The notes beneath the pieces were generated by a model. The model saw only the letters and a program-made list of their open reading frames with translations. It was not told where the DNA came from and did no database searches. Below are positions 35,880 to 45,314 of a stretch of 59,167 bases of DNA, piece after piece; within the stretch, counting starts at the first letter, position 1; every line of letters starts with the position of its first letter. The DNA is from Candidatus Thorarchaeota archaeon SMTZ1-45 (lineage in GTDB: Archaea > Asgardarchaeota > Thorarchaeia > Thorarchaeales > Thorarchaeaceae), in contig LRSL01000024.1 of NCBI GenBank assembly GCA_001563335.1, positions 1 through 59,167 of the forward strand. The letters run 5' to 3'. Made by a program: the position numbers and the translations under genes.

Positions 35880-37187
35880 ATGATACTTGAAGAATATATT
35901 ATGAAATTGAAACAAGATGGAAAAATCACTGCAATAAGTAAAAGCGTTTCAAAGAATCTAGAGATTGCTGGAGTGTTAAAGACTCTCGAGCCTAAGCCTG
36001 TGTTATTTGAGAACGTGAAGGAGAGCAGGTTTCGCGTTGCAGGTAACCTGTTCTGTAATAAAACGCAAGTTGCAGACTACTTTGGAATAACAACTGAAGA
36101 GATAATTCCGACCTTAGCAAATGCCATCGAAAATCGCAGTGAACCGGAACAGACCAGTAAAGCACCTTGTCAAGAAGAGGTTGAGGACAAGGTGGACCTT
36201 GATATATTACCAATTCTGTTTCATAATGAGATTGATGGAGGACCATACATCTCTTCTGGAGTTGTAGTTTCTTCAGATCCAGAGTATGGACAGAATTTGG
36301 ATTTCCATAGGGCAATGCAGATTGGGAGAAATCGGATGGTCGCTAGGGTAGTCAGCGGGCGTGACTTTCATAGGTACTTGGAACGAAATGGTGAGGTGGA
36401 TGTAGCATTCTGCGTTGGTAACACACCTGAAGTGTTGATAGCCGCTGCAACTTCGGTTGAAACTGGGATAAATGAACTAGAGATAGCTAATGCCCTCCGT
36501 CCAATTAGAGTAACTAAGGCTAAGACTGTCGATTTGATGATTCCAGCAGACTGCGAGTTTGTTCTAGAGGGTAGAGTGGTGCTCAAAGAAAGACATGCAG
36601 AAGGTCCCTTCATTGACCTTACAGAAACTGTAGATGTGATACGACAAGAGCCAATATTCGAGGTGAAGAAGATTACACATAGAAAGAGTGCAATTTGGCA
36701 AGGTTTGTTACCTGGTCGGTCAGAGCACAAGATTCTGATGGGTATGCCTCGAGAACCTACAATATTCAAGAAAATAAAGGAGCGAGGGATTAACGTTCTT
36801 GATGTTTACATCACTCCTGGTGGAACAAGTTGGTTGCATGTTGCTGTGAAGATACAGAAAAAGAACGAGGATGATGGTTTACAGGCCTTGGAAGCAGCAT
36901 TTGCAGGACACAAGAGTGCAAAACACATCTGGGTGTATGATGATGACATAGATATCTATTCAGATGAGGAACGAGAGTGGGCAATGGCTACCCGTTTCCA
37001 AGCAGATGTTGACTTAATAATGAAAGACCGTGAGCCTGGAAGTTCTCTTGACCCAAGCGCAGAACCAGGAACCAAACTAACCACAAAGTGTGGGTTTGAC
37101 TGTACAAGGGTCATCGATGCAAAAGGTAAGGGTTTTGCTAAAGCAAAGTTCCCAGAGGTCGACCTCAAAAAGTATCTAGGTGAGTGA
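35880..37187 (+). CDS. UbiD-family decarboxylase, probable anhydromevalonate phosphate decarboxylase
   Basis: EGPF.D, DDDID, GSSLDPS; flanked by mvk and AcnX genes. Confidence 0.85.
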   Translation: MILEEYIMKLKQDGKITAISKSVSKNLEIAGVLKTLEPKPVLFENVKESRFRVAGNLFCNKTQVADYFGITTEEIIPTLANAIENRSEPEQTSKAPCQEEVEDKVDLDILPILFHNEIDGGPYISSGVVVSSDPEYGQNLDFHRAMQIGRNRMVARVVSGRDFHRYLERNGEVDVAFCVGNTPEVLIAAATSVETGINELEIANALRPIRVTKAKTVDLMIPADCEFVLEGRVVLKERHAEGPFIDLTETVDVIRQEPIFEVKKITHRKSAIWQGLLPGRSEHKILMGMPREPTIFKKIKERGINVLDVYITPGGTSWLHVAVKIQKKNEDDGLQALEAAFAGHKSAKHIWVYDDDIDIYSDEEREWAMATRFQADVDLIMKDREPGSSLDPSAEPGTKLTTKCGFDCTRVIDAKGKGFAKAKFPEVDLKKYLGE

Positions 37188-38376
37188 TATGGGACTCAAG
37201 CTCACACAAGAAGAGAAGGAAATGCTTGATGGCAAGCAGGGTAGAGCCACAAGAAAGGCTATGGAGATAATCACGACACTTGGTGAGATTTATGGAGCTC
37301 AAAGGCTCATTCCAGTTTCAAGTGTACAGATTGCTGGTGTATCATACCATAATCTGGGAGAAGCTGGACTCGAGTATTTAGCTGAAATGGCAGAAGATGG
37401 CCGAGCCAGAGTTCTGACTACATTGAACCCTGCAGGTATGGATCTTTCTGAGTGGAAAAAACATGGAATCAGTGAAGATTTTGCCATAAATCAACAGAGA
37501 GTAGTAGATGCGTTCGAAAAGATGGGGGTTATCACAACATGTACCTGTACACCTTATCTGATTGGAAATCTACCGCATTTTGGAGAACACATTGCTTGGG
37601 CAGAGTCTTCCGCGGTTTGTTTCTCTAACTCTGTAATTGGGGCACTTACTAACAGAGAGGGGGGTCCCAGCGCTCTTGCATCAGCACTGACTGGAAGAAC
37701 TGCTGAATACGGTCTTCATCTCCAAGAGAACCGGATTGCAGAAGTGAAGTATGAAATCAAAACAGAACTGAGTGAAACTGATGATTTTGGTCTGCTTGGT
37801 CAAGTAATTGGAGAACGAACGGGTAAGACGATTCCATATATTACTGGAATCAAGCATGCAACCACAGAGGAGTTGAAGTCATTTAGTGCCTCAGTGGCAA
37901 CATATGGTGGTGTCGCAATCTTCCATATGGAAGGAATTACTCCGAATAGAACCACAATTCCAGAAAAGACCGAGATTGTCACAAGAGAGGACTTGAATAA
38001 AGCTCGGGATGCACTTGATGATGAAGATGCAGAGATTGATTTCATCAGTGTGGGATGTCCTCATGCAAGCATCAAGGAGATTGCAGCAGTAGCTGAGCTG
38101 CTTGATGGCAAAAAGGTGACAGATGGGAAAACTGTTTGGATTACAACCGCGAAGCCAACAAAAGACCTCGCAATAAAGATGGGATTCTATGATAAAATAG
38201 AGAAAGCTGGTGCATTCCTTGTTGCTGATGCCTGTTGTGCAGTGGCGCCGCTAGAAGGAAGATTCACTGGATTGATGACAGATTCGGCGAAAGCATGCTT
38301 CTATGCTCGCGGAAAAAATAAGTTCAAGACTGAAATCCGAACCGTTGATGATTGTATTAAGGAGGCGGTGTCCTAA
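37180..38376 (+). CDS. Phosphomevalonate dehydratase large subunit (aconitase X)
   Basis: GVSY, TTLNP, TCTPY, ESSA, NREG, GCPH. Confidence 0.88.
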   Translation: MSDMGLKLTQEEKEMLDGKQGRATRKAMEIITTLGEIYGAQRLIPVSSVQIAGVSYHNLGEAGLEYLAEMAEDGRARVLTTLNPAGMDLSEWKKHGISEDFAINQQRVVDAFEKMGVITTCTCTPYLIGNLPHFGEHIAWAESSAVCFSNSVIGALTNREGGPSALASALTGRTAEYGLHLQENRIAEVKYEIKTELSETDDFGLLGQVIGERTGKTIPYITGIKHATTEELKSFSASVATYGGVAIFHMEGITPNRTTIPEKTEIVTREDLNKARDALDDEDAEIDFISVGCPHASIKEIAAVAELLDGKKVTDGKTVWITTAKPTKDLAIKMGFYDKIEKAGAFLVADACCAVAPLEGRFTGLMTDSAKACFYARGKNKFKTEIRTVDDCIKEAVS

Positions 38377-38765
38377 TGCAAGGCAGGAAAATCTTCAAGG
38401 GCAAAGTGCTAGGGGAAGCGTTAGTAACAGGTGAAGACATCTCATTCTATGGAGGTTGTGATCCCGAAACTGGAGAGATAGTTGAGAAAGGTCATCACCT
38501 TGAGGGAAAATCTGTGGCTGGTAAGATACTTGTCTTTCCAACAGGTAAAGGTTCTACTGTTGGTTCATATGTTTTATATGCTCTCAAAAAAGCCGAAAGA
38601 GCTCCACTTGCAATAATTAACAGGACTACTGATCCTGTGGTGGCTGTCGGATGTATCATATCTGAAATACCTGCAGTTGACCAGATTGAGATTGATAAAA
38701 TCAAAACTGGACAAAAAGTGGAAGTGGACGCCGACAATGGCGTCGTTTCCATAATTGAGCAGTAA
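38376..38765 (+). CDS. Phosphomevalonate dehydratase small (swiveling) subunit, DUF126
   Basis: ISFYGG.DP.TG, GKGSTVGSY. Confidence 0.88.
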   Translation: MQGRKIFKGKVLGEALVTGEDISFYGGCDPETGEIVEKGHHLEGKSVAGKILVFPTGKGSTVGSYVLYALKKAERAPLAIINRTTDPVVAVGCIISEIPAVDQIEIDKIKTGQKVEVDADNGVVSIIEQ

Positions 38766-39387
38766 TTAGAACCGCTGGACCTGAGGTTCAAAGTCCTCAG
38801 GAGAGAAGATAGCTTCACCTTCCTCTGGTAAATCGCCTCGCTCTCGAAGAGTTTGTCCTGTTAGGAGATAGTATACAAGTGCCAGTGATTTACGACCACG
38901 GTTGTTGGTGGGAATCACTAAATCCACATTTGTGGTCACATTATCAGTATCACAGAGTGCAATAACTGGAATACCAATCTTAGCAGCCTCAGTAAGAGCC
39001 TGTTGATCTGTTCGTGGGTCTGTCAGAATGACCACATCAGGCTCAATGTAAGTTCGTGGGATTCGTGAGTGTCCCAGGTACAAAACGCTCAGTGAATGCA
39101 TTTGCTCCAATATAGTATGCAAATGTTTCTACTGGTCTTTTACCATAAACTCTTCCAGAAACCACTACTATTTTAGATGGGTCAAATCGTGCTAAGAACT
39201 TGGCAGCCACTCGAATTCGTTCGTCGGTCTTCCTAACATCAAGAACGTAAAGTCCAATAGGTCTTTGTCGATAAACAAAAGGCTCCATGTCTTGGGTCTT
39301 TACTTGTGTACCAATGTGACAGCCTGCAGCAAGGTACTTGTCCATTGGTGTCAAAAGCTCTAGATCAGCGACTTCTATCTCACTCAT
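38766..39387 (-). CDS. rps2: 30S ribosomal protein S2, frameshifted near 39057 in this sequence
   Basis: [10 protein letters not shown]...[10 protein letters not shown] in one frame; YIEPD...[13 protein letters not shown] in another. Confidence 0.92.
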
Positions 39388-39388
39388 T

Positions 39389-39604
39389 CTATTTAACCTC
39401 CGTAGATTCCGTTGTGGCAAAAGCCATGAAACTGTCAATAATATCAATGTGTGCAAGTAGCATCCTTCGACAACAATACCTGGTTAGACCAATATTGTCT
39501 AGTACAACTGCAGGATCTTCACCCTGTCGGACTTCTCGTTTGAATTGTTCGAACTTGTCTGCAACTACTTTGCCGCAAGTGAAACATCGTACTGGTATTA
39601 TCAT
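39389..39604 (-). CDS. rpoN: RNA polymerase subunit N (Rpo10)
   Basis: [11 protein letters not shown]...RYCCRRML. Confidence 0.97.
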   Translation of the reverse strand: MIIPVRCFTCGKVVADKFEQFKREVRQGEDPAVVLDNIGLTRYCCRRMLLAHIDIIDSFMAFATTESTEVK

Positions 39605-39616
39605 TCTTAAGTCGCC

Positions 39617-39953
39617 TCACCTGTATGATTTCTGATAACGGGAACGTGCTGAAGGACCACCGAATTTCTTAGGCTCGGTTCTTCTTGGATCTCCGACCAA
39701 CATTGTTCGATCATGGTCAATCATCTTTGAGCGTGCCTCAAAGTCTTGGCTCATTCGGAACAATCCTGTAGCTATTGCCATCCGTATAGCATCATCCGAA
39801 GAGAACCAAGGGCTCTAATATACGCATACGAGCAAGCTCTGGCTGATGAATCTCCAGAGGTTCTCCATTGATTCTAATTCGACCATTGCCATCCCTTATT
39901 GTTGCCTTTGCAAGACTTGTCTTTCTCTTGCCTGTGCTAACTACAACTCTCAT
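39617..39953 (-). CDS. rps9: 30S ribosomal protein S9, internal deletion/frameshift near 39795
   Basis: Manual translation: [17 protein letters not shown]...LEPLVLFG, then frame change to DAIRMAIA...[24 protein letters not shown]; GGG..GQA segment absent. Confidence 0.9.
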
Positions 39954-39954
39954 G

Positions 39955-40407
39955 CTATTTTACCTCCGGGCTCCTCCAACCAAGTTCGTGGCTCAAGTCA
40001 GCCACAGTGATGTACTTTTGTTTCATGCTTGTATATCTAGCACCCTCAAGCACAATCTTCTCTGAATCTGCATACTTCTCGGGAACTCCAATGTACACCT
40101 TAATGCGTTTGAATGCGGCCTTGCCACGGGGTGTTGGCCATGGAAGCATACCACGAATCATCTTCCGTACCATCTTATCAGGGCGGCGTTCATGAAATGG
40201 ACCTCTTTTTGGATTATAGGAGGTTCGAATATTGAATTTCTCTTTGAAAGATTCAATCACTGTTCTGCGTTTGCCTGTGATTATGGCTTTTTCAGCATTG
40301 ACGATAACAACATTTTCACCGAGAAGAGCAGCTTTTGCAGCTTTCGTTCCAAGTCTGCCCACGACCATATTCTCGGCATCGTAGATTTTGACACTCTCTG
40401 TACTCAT
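39955..40407 (-). CDS. rpl13: 50S ribosomal protein L13
   Basis: DAENMVVGRL, VNAEK, RGMLP. Confidence 0.96.
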   Translation of the reverse strand: MSTESVKIYDAENMVVGRLGTKAAKAALLGENVVIVNAEKAIITGKRRTVIESFKEKFNIRTSYNPKRGPFHERRPDKMVRKMIRGMLPWPTPRGKAAFKRIKVYIGVPEKYADSEKIVLEGARYTSMKQKYITVADLSHELGWRSPEVK

Positions 40408-40416
40408 TGGAACCAC

Positions 40417-40788
40417 CTATACAATTATTGTAACTCCTTTACCCTTGGGAACCTGAGTAAGTAGCTCGTCAATGGATATCAGTGAACCACCTGCACCTAC
40501 TATTACTGTCCTTGCAGAGGCGGATGCATTGAGAGCTGCCACAGTCACCTTATGAGAGAGATTGCCTGATCCTAGCACCTTTCCTGGTACTACAATAATG
40601 TCTCCAGCACTAGTATAGCGGTTGATTTTTCCAATATTTACTGTAGCACGCTGGCGAGCAGGTCTAGCTATGAGCTCTGCAACTCGCTTCCAGATTCCTA
40701 CATTATGTTTGGCAGATGTTTTTCTTAGCGCATTAATTAGTGCGCGTGTATTGGGGTCAGTTGGTCCAGATTTTACTGATCTTTCCAT
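40417..40788 (-). CDS. rpl18e: 50S ribosomal protein L18e
   Basis: VNIGKI, VVPGKVLGSG. Confidence 0.96.
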   Translation of the reverse strand: MERSVKSGPTDPNTRALINALRKTSAKHNVGIWKRVAELIARPARQRATVNIGKINRYTSAGDIIVVPGKVLGSGNLSHKVTVAALNASASARTVIVGAGGSLISIDELLTQVPKGKGVTIIV

Positions 40789-40799
40789 ATTGTTACACC

Positions 40800-41600
40800 T
40801 CATAATGAATTTGCATAATCAAGAGCCAACCTGATTCTTTCTTTCAGTAACTCAGAAGATTTCTCAACAATATCCTCGGGACTAAGCGAGCCTGTTGATT
40901 CCACCTTGAAAAAGAATGTATCTTTCTTGGAGTCAATTGTGATTGCTCCTGGTTCACAGACTTCAACGCAAGCCTCGCAAAGGCTACAATCCAGTGTGTT
41001 CTGTGTTGATATTGTGTCACCATCTATCAGGAAGATATTCTTAGGACAAACATCAACGCAATCCCCACATTGATTACAGGTTTTCTTGTTCACTTCAACT
41101 ATGGGTACGTACTTGTAGGAAACGGTTGATACTGGTTGAAACTTGGCATTTTCCACACCCTTTCCAAGTCGAGCATATGCCTCGACAATTAAGCGTTGGT
41201 TAGGAGCTAATTTTACTATGGGAATATCGCCTGATGTTGGAATTACTTTTGGGTCTTGTGAGGTCAAGTCACGGGAGTAGATGATCTTCTCTTCATCGCC
41301 TGTTTCTTCCTCCAGAGTAAGTGTGCATTGACATAGACTACAGCCTTTCCCTTCACAGTCACAGTTCTCTGGCAGGTTATAGCTATCAAGATCTGTTATG
41401 AGTGGTATTAGCCCCAATCTGTGAGCAAGCATCTCATCATACATGACGCTTGTGTTCTCAAGAACAAGCACTTCGTCTATTGCCATTGCTGGCAATCTGG
41501 TAAGCATGGTTCTGCGTAATGCATTTGCAAACGCAACATCCACTCCTTCCACTAGGAAGTGAATGATATTCTCCTGCTTGTGGATTATCGTGATCTCCAT
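40800..41600 (-). CDS. rpoD: RNA polymerase subunit D (Rpo3) with 2x[4Fe-4S] ferredoxin domain
   Basis: ANALRR, AHRLGLIP, CNQCGDCVDVCP, CSLCEACVEVC. Confidence 0.97.
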   Translation of the reverse strand: MEITIIHKQENIIHFLVEGVDVAFANALRRTMLTRLPAMAIDEVLVLENTSVMYDEMLAHRLGLIPLITDLDSYNLPENCDCEGKGCSLCQCTLTLEEETGDEEKIIYSRDLTSQDPKVIPTSGDIPIVKLAPNQRLIVEAYARLGKGVENAKFQPVSTVSYKYVPIVEVNKKTCNQCGDCVDVCPKNIFLIDGDTISTQNTLDCSLCEACVEVCEPGAITIDSKKDTFFFKVESTGSLSPEDIVEKSSELLKERIRLALDYANSL

Positions 41601-41797
41601 TAACTCACCTGACCATAATTTTCAGTTCATACCCAAAAGACATTCTTTCCCGGACGGACTCGCCATGTGACAAGATACTGTCAAATGGCTCACTCGCCCA
41701 TGTCCTGGGCATCTTCGCCTGATTTCTCTGAACATAAAAGGCTTGTCCTACGGCTAGCTGCCATCAGGTAATAACAAGATTAGAGCATAAGTGATAT

Positions 41798-42295
41798 CTA
41801 GGCAGCCACTTGTACTAGGTCACGTAGGCCGTTCACAATCAGCTTATAACCTGTAAGACGTTGTTTTGGGTCAATAGCAACCATACCAACAGTTGGAACT
41901 CCAAGCAAGTCTTCTACCGACTCAGGTCTCATTGAACCTGGGAGGTCTTGCTTATTAGCAATAGCAATGACTTTCATGCCATTTAGCTGATTCTTATATT
42001 TTTCAAGTAATTGTCGAGTTTTAAGAACAGCCTTTGGGCTGCTCTCTGTTACAACAACAACCATCTTGCTGCCTCTCATGAAATCAGGCCATAAGAATTC
42101 AAAATGAGACTGACCACCCATTTCAATCAGAGAGACTTTCGTGCTGCTATCTATAGTGATTGTTCCACAACTCATGCCTGCAGTTGGTTGATAGTTAGCC
42201 TCTAGTTTTGGTGCCCTATCGGTGAGGAGTTTGATCAATGTGGATTTGCCAGCATAACCGGATCCCATCAGGGCGACCTTGAGATACTGTGTCAT
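41798..42295 (-). CDS. Small Ras-superfamily (Arf/MglA-like) GTPase
   Basis: GSGYAGKST, PT, EMGGQ, ANKQD; 165 aa. Confidence 0.85.
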   Translation of the reverse strand: MTQYLKVALMGSGYAGKSTLIKLLTDRAPKLEANYQPTAGMSCGTITIDSSTKVSLIEMGGQSHFEFLWPDFMRGSKMVVVVTESSPKAVLKTRQLLEKYKNQLNGMKVIAIANKQDLPGSMRPESVEDLLGVPTVGMVAIDPKQRLTGYKLIVNGLRDLVQVAA

Positions 42296-42491
42296 GAAAG
42301 TCTACTCCAACTAAAACGTGATTGGAGAGTGTATAGGTTGCTGTATTTCGTGTGTAATACTCACTGCCAGAAAAAATGCCCCTCTGAAGCACTACTTAAG
42401 ACTGATGAAATAATAGAAGATTGAGTGATAAATGACGCTTGATAGAAGAGCTTAACAGGCAGAGCGATTGTGCCATTCGGGTGATGTTGAA

Positions 42492-43484
42492 ATGTCCTTC
42501 AAGGGTCCACAGATTGTCATTATTCAGGATGGAGCCCTAAGTGAACTTGGGTCACTCATGAAGGATTATTCCAGCCCTATTTGCGTGACTGATGAGTTGA
42601 TTCATGCAGAGTACGCTGACCGCCTTGAAACTGTAATTGGAAGACAATGTAGATGGTTAATGGCATCTACATATCGGGCTAATACAAACACTGTTCTTGG
42701 TAAAGTTGACATCGTCCTCGGGTTCGGAGGAGGAAGTAGTTTAGATGTGGCTAAGCTGATCTCTCGGGACACTGGTATAAGCTGGATATCAGTACCTACA
42801 GCAGCATCTCACGATGGTATAGCAAGTGAAGTTGCATCCGTGAGTCATAATGGTTACAAATACTCTGAGAAGTGTAAGGCACCACTGGCAGTAATCGCTG
42901 ACACTTCAATCATCTCAAAAGCGCCTCCTAGGTTAAAGCTTGCAGGTCTTGGGGATATAATCTGTAAGACCTCTAGTCTAGCTGAATGGAAACTAGCTTA
43001 TGAAGCGAATGACGAGCCATTTAATGATGAGGTCTATACTATTGTAAAGAAAGCCTTAGATTCTGTTCTCGTTGATGACAGTCTTGAAACCCTAATCAGT
43101 GCTGAAATTGATGCAGGGCGTGCTATGAGTATTTTTGGAAGTTCACGACCCTGTTCTGGAACAGAACATGCGATATCTCACGCCTTAGATAGAGTCTGCG
43201 CTGAACTACATGGCCTACAGGTTGCTTTTGCAACTCCAATTTGCCTTCATTATCTTCTGGAAACAGGATGTACAGAATTCAAGCCAGGTTATGTCCTGAA
43301 TTTCATGTCAGAAAGAGAGATGCCTGTCACACTTTCAGAGATGAATATTAATGAAGAGCAATTCATTGAAAGTATACATCATGGTCTAGGTATTATGGAG
43401 AGGAGAAAACGATATTCTGTCTTGAAGCATTTAGATGTCGATGATACCTCTCTAAGATCAGTCATGAGAGATTTAGACTATTGA
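42492..43484 (+). CDS. egsA: Glycerol-1-phosphate dehydrogenase
   Basis: GGG..LDVAK, VPTAASHDGIAS, RPCSGTEH..SH, HGLQV. Confidence 0.9.
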   Translation: MSFKGPQIVIIQDGALSELGSLMKDYSSPICVTDELIHAEYADRLETVIGRQCRWLMASTYRANTNTVLGKVDIVLGFGGGSSLDVAKLISRDTGISWISVPTAASHDGIASEVASVSHNGYKYSEKCKAPLAVIADTSIISKAPPRLKLAGLGDIICKTSSLAEWKLAYEANDEPFNDEVYTIVKKALDSVLVDDSLETLISAEIDAGRAMSIFGSSRPCSGTEHAISHALDRVCAELHGLQVAFATPICLHYLLETGCTEFKPGYVLNFMSEREMPVTLSEMNINEEQFIESIHHGLGIMERRKRYSVLKHLDVDDTSLRSVMRDLDY

Positions 43485-43613
43485 AATACCAATACACTTC
43501 GACAGTTTTAAAAGAAGTTAGATTGACGGCGCAGAAGAGCCTATTCTTTGAATCTTCGAAGGAGAGGTGAAGTTTGCATATACCGATGAAGAACTGAACT
43601 GAGGTAGAAAACA

Positions 43614-43985
43614 ATGCCAAAGCCAAGTTTTGTTGAATGGGAGCCAACTGAGGAACTTCAGAAGAAGGCCCTTGAGGCTCTAGAAATAGCCAAAGACACA
43701 GGTCGAATTAAGAAAGGGATTAACGAAGCTACAAAGAGCATTGAGCGTGGCATAGCACGCTTAGTACTCGTTGCTGAGGATGTTGAGCCCCAGGAAGTAA
43801 TCATGTATTTGCCTGGTCTTTGTGATGACAAGAAAGCTCCTTACATCTTCGTGAAGAGCAAAGCGGATCTTGGAAATGCAGCAGGTATTGAACGACCTAC
43901 TGCAGCTGTCGCAATCATCGTTGAAGGCAAGGCAAAGGAACTTGTTGATGATCTCGTTGAGAAGATCAATGGTCTCCGTAAGTAA
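43614..43985 (+). CDS. rpl7ae: 50S ribosomal protein L7Ae
   Basis: KKGINEATKSIERG, AEDVEP. Confidence 0.97.
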   Translation: MPKPSFVEWEPTEELQKKALEALEIAKDTGRIKKGINEATKSIERGIARLVLVAEDVEPQEVIMYLPGLCDDKKAPYIFVKSKADLGNAAGIERPTAAVAIIVEGKAKELVDDLVEKINGLRK

Positions 43986-44005
43986 ACTCCGGGTGATGGC
44001 TGACA

Positions 44006-44230
44006 ATGAGCAAAGAAGAAGAAGCAACTCCAGCAATTCCTGCAGAAGTCATACAGCTCCTAGGAAGAACAGGAGTGACAGGTGAAATCACACAAGTTCG
44101 TGTGAAGATATTGGATGGCAGGGATAAGGGTCGAGTTTTGACTCGTAACGTGAAAGGACCAATTAGAATGGGAGATATCTTGATTCTAAGAGAAACTGAA
44201 CGTGAAGCCCGCAAGATGAGGAGGCGTTAG
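44006..44230 (+). CDS. rps28e: 30S ribosomal protein S28e
   Basis: GRTG.TGE.TQV, RNVKGP, ETEREA. Confidence 0.97.
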   Translation: MSKEEEATPAIPAEVIQLLGRTGVTGEITQVRVKILDGRDKGRVLTRNVKGPIRMGDILILRETEREARKMRRR

Positions 44231-44233
44231 CCA

Positions 44234-44434
44234 ATGGTTGGTACACAGAAATGCTCATTCTGTGGGAAAGATATTGAGCCAGGTACCGGATCTGCTTTCG
44301 TACAAACAAAGGATGGAGCAGTGTTTTGGTTCTGCTCTAACAAATGTAAGGTCAACAGACTCAAACGCCGCTTAAAGCCAAGGGACACGAAGTGGACCGC
44401 AGACTATGAAAAAGGCGGCAAGATATCGAGATAA
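44234..44434 (+). CDS. rpl24e: 50S ribosomal protein L24e
   Basis: CSFCG.DIEPGTG, FCSNKC. Confidence 0.97.
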   Translation: MVGTQKCSFCGKDIEPGTGSAFVQTKDGAVFWFCSNKCKVNRLKRRLKPRDTKWTADYEKGGKISR

Positions 44435-44452
44435 TCGAATCAATCAGAATAT

Positions 44453-44485
44453 GGAACCAAAGGTGGTCATTCCACCTGAGGTTTC
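44453..44485. terminator. Hairpin between convergent rpl24e and ndk
   Basis: GGAACC-aa-AGGTGG-tcatt-CCACCT-ga-GGTTTC. Confidence 0.5.
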
Positions 44486-44487
44486 AT

Positions 44488-45150
44488 CTATGCTTTCTCT
44501 ACTTCTTCCTTTACGAAATCAAAGATCGCTGAGGCTAAATCACTGATTTCTTCGGGAGAGATGCCCTTCGAATCTTTTTCCAAGTAATGAACTAGGGATT
44601 GGAGAACATCATCCGATATGTCACGATTCTCAATAGCGTTTTTGACGATACTTCGGATTTCCATCGTATAATCGACATCGCCAGAGTTATACTGTTCAAT
44701 GTATGCTTTGGCATGTTCTTCAGCATCAGAAGACTCTTTGAGACCTCCCTTAATAGTCCAAAGCTCAATCTCTTTTTTAGCTGTTTCAGGAGCATCAGAT
44801 GCGTGTGCAATATTGATTCCAGCCCAAATACCATATCTTCCTCGAAGTGATGTTGGGTCAGCTTTTTGGACAAAGGTTGCGCCGAGAGCATCACGAACTC
44901 CCTGAATTACATCATCACCTTCGAAAATCATGGATAACACCGGAGCTGAAGAAATGAAATCAACTAGCCATGGAAAGAATGGTTTCTCTTTGTGAACTGC
45001 ATAGTGTAGTTTGGCTAGTGATTCTGGGACTTTCATCTCACGAAATGCACATATTTTGTAGCCCCGATCAAGCAATGCTTTTAGAACTAATGCACTGACT
45101 CTTCGTCGGGCTGTGCCATCTGGTTTAATTATTACAAACGAGCGTTCCAA
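44488..45150 (-). CDS. ndk: Nucleoside diphosphate kinase with C-terminal extension
   Basis: ERSFVIIKPDG, HYAVH, GAT, SLRG, NIAHASD. Confidence 0.92.
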   Translation of the reverse strand: MERSFVIIKPDGTARRRVSALVLKALLDRGYKICAFREMKVPESLAKLHYAVHKEKPFFPWLVDFISSAPVLSMIFEGDDVIQGVRDALGATFVQKADPTSLRGRYGIWAGINIAHASDAPETAKKEIELWTIKGGLKESSDAEEHAKAYIEQYNSGDVDYTMEIRSIVKNAIENRDISDDVLQSLVHYLEKDSKGISPEEISDLASAIFDFVKEEVEKA

Positions 45151-45314
45151 ATTATATCACCTTTTGCTCTCTTGACATTTAGATGCTGTATCTACGACTC
45201 TCGCGGGAAGAATGCGAGAATATAACACATTTCATTTGACATGTTTTAGTAAAAACGACACTTTCATAACTATAACCCATAGTCGAACAGCCAATTCCTT
45301 ATGAGGTGCCAGCC

